From IMG/VR virus record IMGVR_UViG_3300036985_003137, positions 1 to 60,725 of that record: 60,725 nt of DNA, one strand, 5' to 3'. This document shows positions 56,441-60,725 of the stretch, piece after piece (position 1 is the stretch's first letter; each line of letters starts with the position of its first letter). Source of the stretch: a virus. Its lineage: Duplodnaviria > Caudoviricetes. Both the position numbers and the translations under genes were made by a program. A model generated the notes under the pieces. It had not been told where the DNA came from. It ran no database searches and saw only the letters and a list, made by a program, of their open reading frames with translations.

Positions 56441-57301
56441 TTAGTTTCCTAGAAATATGGGTGAATGTATTTGGATAATGATTGTAGTAAGAGATTTTGC
56501 ATGCCCTAATACCTGAGACAAACCAGTCATAGGTGCTAAATGAGAGTATAAGCCATTAGGTTGTAAGAATATAGGTTCACCAGGAGCTAATCCTGAAAAT
56601 CCACTTAACTCTCCAGAAGTCATTATAGCGACACTTTCATCTATATTTACAGCTTGTATTGTAAAACCAACAGCAGATTTTACTCCTGCATATTCTCCCA
56701 AAGCAGTAACTGCACGATGTGCCCCTAAATCTGTCTTAGATATAATATATGATAACTGAGGTCCACTATCACCCTGAATACCTTGAATACCTTGTAGTCC
56801 TGTCTCTCCTTTGATTCCTTGAGGTCCTTGAGGTCCTGTAATGCCTACACTACCTTGTAATCCTGTATCTCCTTTGACACCCTGTAATCCTGTATCTCCT
56901 TTTACTCCTTGAATACTTTGAAGTCCCTGTATTCCTTGTATTCCTTGTATTCCAGCAATACCTTGTATACCTTGACTACCTTGGAGTCCAATACTTCCTT
57001 GAATGCCTGGACCTCCTTGAGCACCAGTATCACCTTTGATACCTTGAATGCCTTGATCTCCTGGGTCTCCTTTATCACCTTTTAAATTACTTGATTCTAT
57101 CTCAGGAGCAGGAGAAAGAGTTTCTATAGGAAAAATACTCCATATACTTGTAGCTCGAGAAGGATCTATTTTTGATACACCCGAGGTATTACAAATATAT
57201 GAAAGATTATTAAAGATAACTACGTCAAACTTATAGTAGTAAGACGCAGTAATCCACATACCTTTATTAATTGGATTTATTAGCCCTAACCCAGAAAGCA
57301 C
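56441..57301 (-). CDS. collagen-like fibre protein
   Basis: GGAGG RBS and in-frame GTG at 57301; CBM-like N-terminus, 36 G-X-Y triplets, cement-like C-terminus. Confidence 0.75.
   Translation of the reverse strand: MLSGLGLINPINKGMWITASYYYKFDVVIFNNLSYICNTSGVSKIDPSRATSIWSIFPIETLSPAPEIESSNLKGDKGDPGDQGIQGIKGDTGAQGGPGIQGSIGLQGSQGIQGIAGIQGIQGIQGLQSIQGVKGDTGLQGVKGDTGLQGSVGITGPQGPQGIKGETGLQGIQGIQGDSGPQLSYIISKTDLGAHRAVTALGEYAGVKSAVGFTIQAVNIDESVAIMTSGELSGFSGLAPGEPIFLQPNGLYSHLAPMTGLSQVLGHAKSLTTIIIQIHSPIFLGN
56756..57079 (-). repeat. collagen (Gly-X-Y)36
   Basis: GDK...GPQ with a single Gly->Ser at triplet 19 (56909-56917). Confidence 0.9.
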
Positions 57302-57314
57302 TTTTAGACCTCCA

Positions 57315-57527
57315 TTACTTACTTGTCCACCAAGTAATGAACGAGAATATTGCACCAATGGTGAAAACGATCCCACCGATAAAGCCTTTATAACGTGCTT
57401 GATCAGCTTTCATTTTTTCAAGTAATTCGTGTATATCACACAACTTATCATCTTGTTCCTTCAAGTCATCACTTAATGAATACACACGCTGTTCAATCTT
57501 GGCTAGTCGGCAGGCTTCGTCAGGCAT
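57315..57527 (-). CDS. XhlA-like/holin-like membrane protein
   Basis: Coiled coil then C-terminal TM KGFIGGIVFTIGAIFSFITWW. Confidence 0.6.
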   Translation of the reverse strand: MPDEACRLAKIEQRVYSLSDDLKEQDDKLCDIHELLEKMKADQARYKGFIGGIVFTIGAIFSFITWWTSK

Positions 57528-57531
57528 ATCG

Positions 57532-57678
57532 TTAATCCGTTACTAAGTCAACGGCACCATCAACGACTATATCTACTACTTCTTCTACCATATCATGAGG
57601 CAGAATAGGCACAGCTGTTTCTATTACATCTTCTGCTACATCTTTTACTGCGTGTACGATTTGGTCAAATATTGACAT
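57532..57678 (-). CDS. 48-aa acidic amphipathic protein (not in ORF track)
   Basis: GGAG RBS; MSIFDQIVHAVKDVAEDVIETAVPILPHDMVEEVVDIVVDGAVDLVTD. Confidence 0.6.
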   Translation of the reverse strand: MSIFDQIVHAVKDVAEDVIETAVPILPHDMVEEVVDIVVDGAVDLVTD

Positions 57679-57692
57679 AATACTACTCCAGA

Positions 57693-57947
57693 TTAAGTGG
57701 TGGGTTTATACATCTCGGTATCTTTCATATTGGCTTTATTCAAGCCCTCATTATAGCCATATGTGAATGCATCATCAATGTAGTCACAAAGCAATGAATG
57801 GAACCAGTCTGTATGATCATTGATCAATTTAGTCTTTTCTTCTGGGGTGTAGGCCACACTTTCATTAACAGAACCAATTTTAACTGCTAATTTAAGTAAA
57901 TCTTCCTTTTCCTCAGTAGACAATTTTACTGTATGTACTACTTGCAT
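57693..57947 (-). CDS. hypothetical protein
   Basis: 84 aa; AGGAG RBS inside upstream gene. Confidence 0.6.
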   Translation of the reverse strand: MQVVHTVKLSTEEKEDLLKLAVKIGSVNESVAYTPEEKTKLINDHTDWFHSLLCDYIDDAFTYGYNEGLNKANMKDTEMYKPTT

Positions 57948-58276
57948 ATGTACTCCTGGTACGCGGTAATAAATCTTCTAGTGATCGCTTGCCCCTCTGA
58001 CGTCATAAAGAACTCAGGGATACACTCCTGATTTTCTGCGAGAGACAACCATTGCTGTTGAGCTTCAGTAAGGGCAGAGCCCACCGCAGAGAGCAATGTT
58101 ACACTCTCTGCAGTAGGTTCAACTTTTTCAGCTGGCGTTTCTTTCGCCAACTCCATCTGAAGAACTCTTTTTATCGTTTCTTCTAGCGTCTCTACTCTTC
58201 TCATCGCTTGGGCTTTCAAAGGCACCATCTGTGATTGAAGAAGTTCGATCTGCTTTTGGATCGTTAACGAGTCCAT
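57938..58276 (-). CDS. hypothetical protein
   Basis: 112 aa; AAGGA RBS. Confidence 0.65.
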   Translation of the reverse strand: MDSLTIQKQIELLQSQMVPLKAQAMRRVETLEETIKRVLQMELAKETPAEKVEPTAESVTLLSAVGSALTEAQQQWLSLAENQECIPEFFMTSEGQAITRRFITAYQEYICK

Positions 58277-58290
58277 AGCTTATAGCATCC

Positions 58291-59190
58291 TTAAAAGCCG
58301 GCAACATTCGTTGGTGTTTGATTCACACCGCGCTGACTACCTCCAATGTTTAAGTTAGTCGCCATAGCATTTTGGTTGTGACTTAATGACTGAACGGCGG
58401 CTAAAATGCCTTGGATTTGAGTTTGTTGCTGCTGTTGCACAGATGTTTGGTTAACATTAGTAATAACATCAACGTTACCTGAACGAACATTTTCTGCAGC
58501 TAATTGGCGAGATAATTGAACTTCCAATACACCCACCTCACGTTGTAACTGTAACTCACGTGCATTTGGTAACTGATCTTTTAAATCAGCAATCGCGGCA
58601 CGAGTCAGATTACCATCAGCGCTTATACTAGCTGTAATGATCTGTGTATTACGTAGACCGGCGATTTCACCGTCTTTGGCTGCAAGAGATGCTGCTGCCG
58701 CCGCATTTGCAATAGCTGCATTAGTCACAGCAAATTGTGTATTGCTAACGTTAGCGAATGCAGAGATATCCCCACTGATATCATTAGCGTGACTATCCAC
58801 CGCACTAATGATGCTTGCCTGTCCTTGCATCGATGCAATTTGAGCTTGCAAGATTTGGTTAGTAACTTGGCCGTTACTTGCAGTGATTGCGTTCTGCACA
58901 TCACCTTCAGCCTTCCAGATTTCTCTTTGGACTTCACCAATCTCACGTCTTACTGCGCCGATGTCTTGAATGGTGTTGATGCCATTCACGATCCCTTGTA
59001 CTTCATTGACAGTGGCGCCGTGGACCGCTGCAGCTGCAGCTGCACCATCACCGCCGTTGTTACCAAACAAACCACCTTTTCCACCGAAAAGGGCAGCACC
59101 TAGAATTAAAGGTGTAATTGCGCCCATTCCCATATCGTTCCCGCCAGCTTGCGGCATTGTAAAGATATTTGGGGTTGTCATGTCAGCCAT
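58291..59190 (-). CDS. Gly-rich TM plus long coiled-coil protein with Q/N-rich tail
   Basis: PLILGAALFGGKGGLFGNNGG, heptad-rich body, QQQQQ/N-rich end; GGAG RBS. Confidence 0.75.
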   Translation of the reverse strand: MADMTTPNIFTMPQAGGNDMGMGAITPLILGAALFGGKGGLFGNNGGDGAAAAAAVHGATVNEVQGIVNGINTIQDIGAVRREIGEVQREIWKAEGDVQNAITASNGQVTNQILQAQIASMQGQASIISAVDSHANDISGDISAFANVSNTQFAVTNAAIANAAAAASLAAKDGEIAGLRNTQIITASISADGNLTRAAIADLKDQLPNARELQLQREVGVLEVQLSRQLAAENVRSGNVDVITNVNQTSVQQQQQTQIQGILAAVQSLSHNQNAMATNLNIGGSQRGVNQTPTNVAGF

Positions 59191-59199
59191 TTGTAACTC

Positions 59200-59295
59200 C
59201 GGGTTTTGTCAGGTAGAAGCCGCCTGACTCGGTTGTGAGGGAAATCCCTCAATCTGATGTAGCAGTAAGACATTCCCTTGATACTACTGCTGTGA
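59200..59295 (-). promoter_or_regulatory. three-hairpin leader upstream of 58291 gene
   Basis: AGCAGTA/TACTGCT (59261-59291), TGAGGG/CCCTCA (59236-59251), GTCAGG/CCTGAC (59208-59228). Confidence 0.5.
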
Positions 59296-59303
59296 TATAG
59301 AAT

Positions 59304-59762
59304 TTAAATTGGGTTGCCTGTTAAAATTATAGTAGCTCTCTCTGGAGTAATATAAGTTATATCAGGAGTTTGTGTTGGTATAATTTTAGTTTTTGATAAA
59401 TACTCCAAAGCGTCTTTAACTGAAGGTAAGTTTAAATCAACTACAGTTACTTTTGGATCGGTAAATCTAGACCATATAGTTTTTACCATTGGATCTGTTG
59501 AATATGATATAGATATCTCTTCCTTTATCATAAACAAATTTCTAAAATCAACTGGTAACAAAATAGGTAATTTTGGTGTTGGTGGGGTGAATTCTGGTAT
59601 ACCTGTTTCATCTAAAATAACAAGATAATCTACCCCCACCACGGTAGAATCATCAACGATAAATTGAATTACGGGCTGTTCGGGCACACTACTTACAACA
59701 CCCTCATTATTTGTGTTTATACACCCAACTACAACACCATTTAAAACATTTACATATTGCAT
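59304..59762 (-). CDS. tail fibre assembly chaperone-like protein
   Basis: DFRNLF..EE...DP.V...D...VDL..P.V..AL.YL...TPERA..IL. Confidence 0.6.
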   Translation of the reverse strand: MQYVNVLNGVVVGCINTNNEGVVSSVPEQPVIQFIVDDSTVVGVDYLVILDETGIPEFTPPTPKLPILLPVDFRNLFMIKEEISISYSTDPMVKTIWSRFTDPKVTVVDLNLPSVKDALEYLSKTKIIPTQTPDITYITPERATIILTGNPI

Positions 59763-60022
59763 TATGTTAACTCCTCGAGAATTGATATGTGCAAAGGTAT
59801 ATTAACTGTAGTAATAGTAGTGGATTCCCCTCCTCTTAAATAATATTCAAAAGTACCTAATGTTTCACTAACAACATAAGTTATATACAGTGTATCTACA
59901 ATAAAAGAGTTTGCTGAGGAACCCTTTAAATGATAGTTAATATGCACTTTCCCATTAGATTGAGCCGTGTATGTTATCGATGTTCCGTTGCCAGTTAGTG
60001 TAGCTATAAATCCAGTTGCCAT
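59762..60022 (-). CDS. hypothetical tail-associated protein
   Basis: 86 aa beta-rich; TAATG coupling to next gene. Confidence 0.55.
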   Translation of the reverse strand: MATGFIATLTGNGTSITYTAQSNGKVHINYHLKGSSANSFIVDTLYITYVVSETLGTFEYYLRGGESTTITTVNIPLHISILEELT

Positions 60023-60031
60023 TATTGTATC

Positions 60032-60724
60032 CTATGAGATATTTCGCATTATTTGAGGTGTAGCTGATTTAACTATACTGTTTCTTGATATAAATCCAGT
60101 ACCATATAAAGAGGTAAATGGTACATGTCCCCCACGTATAGTTACTGGTAGATATTTAGTATTTTGATCAGTATCTACCTCTATGATTTCCCCAGACTGG
60201 GCTGACGTTAAAGCAATGTCTAGTATGAAAGTTGCAGTAGGTTTTACTACTACTACTTGTGCGCATAAAGCAGCACCTCCAAGAGGACCGCCATTTACAT
60301 TTAAAATAAAGGAACCATCCCCGATATTTAATATATTTCCATAACTATTTTCAGCACCCCGTGACAATACAGTGGTGTTGTTATACAGTTCTGTAATAGC
60401 ACCAGTGCACACATTTATAGCTACATATCCAAAATATGTTGATGTATATGGAGGTAATGTTATGAATACAATATTCCCAACACCATCATTGTATATACCA
60501 CAAGTGCTGGTGTTGGAAGCAGCAACATCGGAAGCACGAGTAAAGAATATAGAAGACCTCCATACAGATGCTGCATCACGCTCAATTCTATGTATAGTTA
60601 AAGCACTGTTAGCTCTATTAGATACAAAATAAAAAATATTTTCATTGTCTGTAGCTACTAGGCTTCTTGATAATTGGGTTATGTATGTTCCCCCCATATT
60701 AAATTGTATACCCCCCCCAGAATT
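60032..60724 (-). CDS. tail fibre/structural protein, 5'-partial
   Basis: Frame stays open past the track ATG at 60697 to the window end (..NSGGGIQFNMGG..). Confidence 0.65.
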   Translation of the reverse strand, partial: NSGGGIQFNMGGTYITQLSRSLVATDNENIFYFVSNRANSALTIHRIERDAASVWRSSIFFTRASDVAASNTSTCGIYNDGVGNIVFITLPPYTSTYFGYVAINVCTGAITELYNNTTVLSRGAENSYGNILNIGDGSFILNVNGGPLGGAALCAQVVVVKPTATFILDIALTSAQSGEIIEVDTDQNTKYLPVTIRGGHVPFTSLYGTGFISRNSIVKSATPQIMRNIS

Positions 60725-60725
60725 T

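Noticed and set aside
57302-57376. Track start of the collagen gene at 57376
   Set aside because: Overlaps the upstream gene by 62 nt; GGAGG with GTG at 57301 fits better

Overview
This window is most of the genome of an N4-like phage (Schitoviridae), AT-rich, with a LIT1/LUZ7-type gene order. 1-2.2 kb (+) holds the Sak4-like ATPase end, SSB and RuvC-like resolvase. 2.2-29.7 kb (-) holds a 3718-aa virion RNA polymerase, ejection/tail proteins, major capsid, portal, adaptor, TerL and TerS. The probable genome-end junction is at ~29.75-29.95 kb. 30-51.5 kb (+) holds the early/middle genes: hairpin promoters, two-subunit RNAP II, one tRNA(CAU), dut/thyA/nrdB, MoxR-like ATPase, vWA peptidase, Dda-like helicase and family A DNA polymerase. 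51.5-60.7 kb (-) holds lysis and tail/fibre genes. Main unusual observations: (1) a complete group I intron with an HNH homing endonuclease splits the RNAP II catalytic subunit at its NVVHSxD motif, with P1, P10, P7 and the terminal G all readable; (2) ~390 nt of densely structured non-coding RNA after the tRNA, with a pseudoknot, a repeated motif and a possible antiterminator ahead of the nucleotide-metabolism genes; (3) a Drc-like RNAP II cofactor duplicated within one chain; (4) two classes of hairpin promoter; (5) an ~85-aa insertion in the major capsid protein, a repeat-expanded tail tube and a transglycosylase gene between terL and terS; (6) paralogous small-protein families around the MoxR/vWA pair; (7) a GC-richer module with a three-hairpin leader. 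Family assignments come from motif recognition and memory of N4-like phages; no database searches were run.
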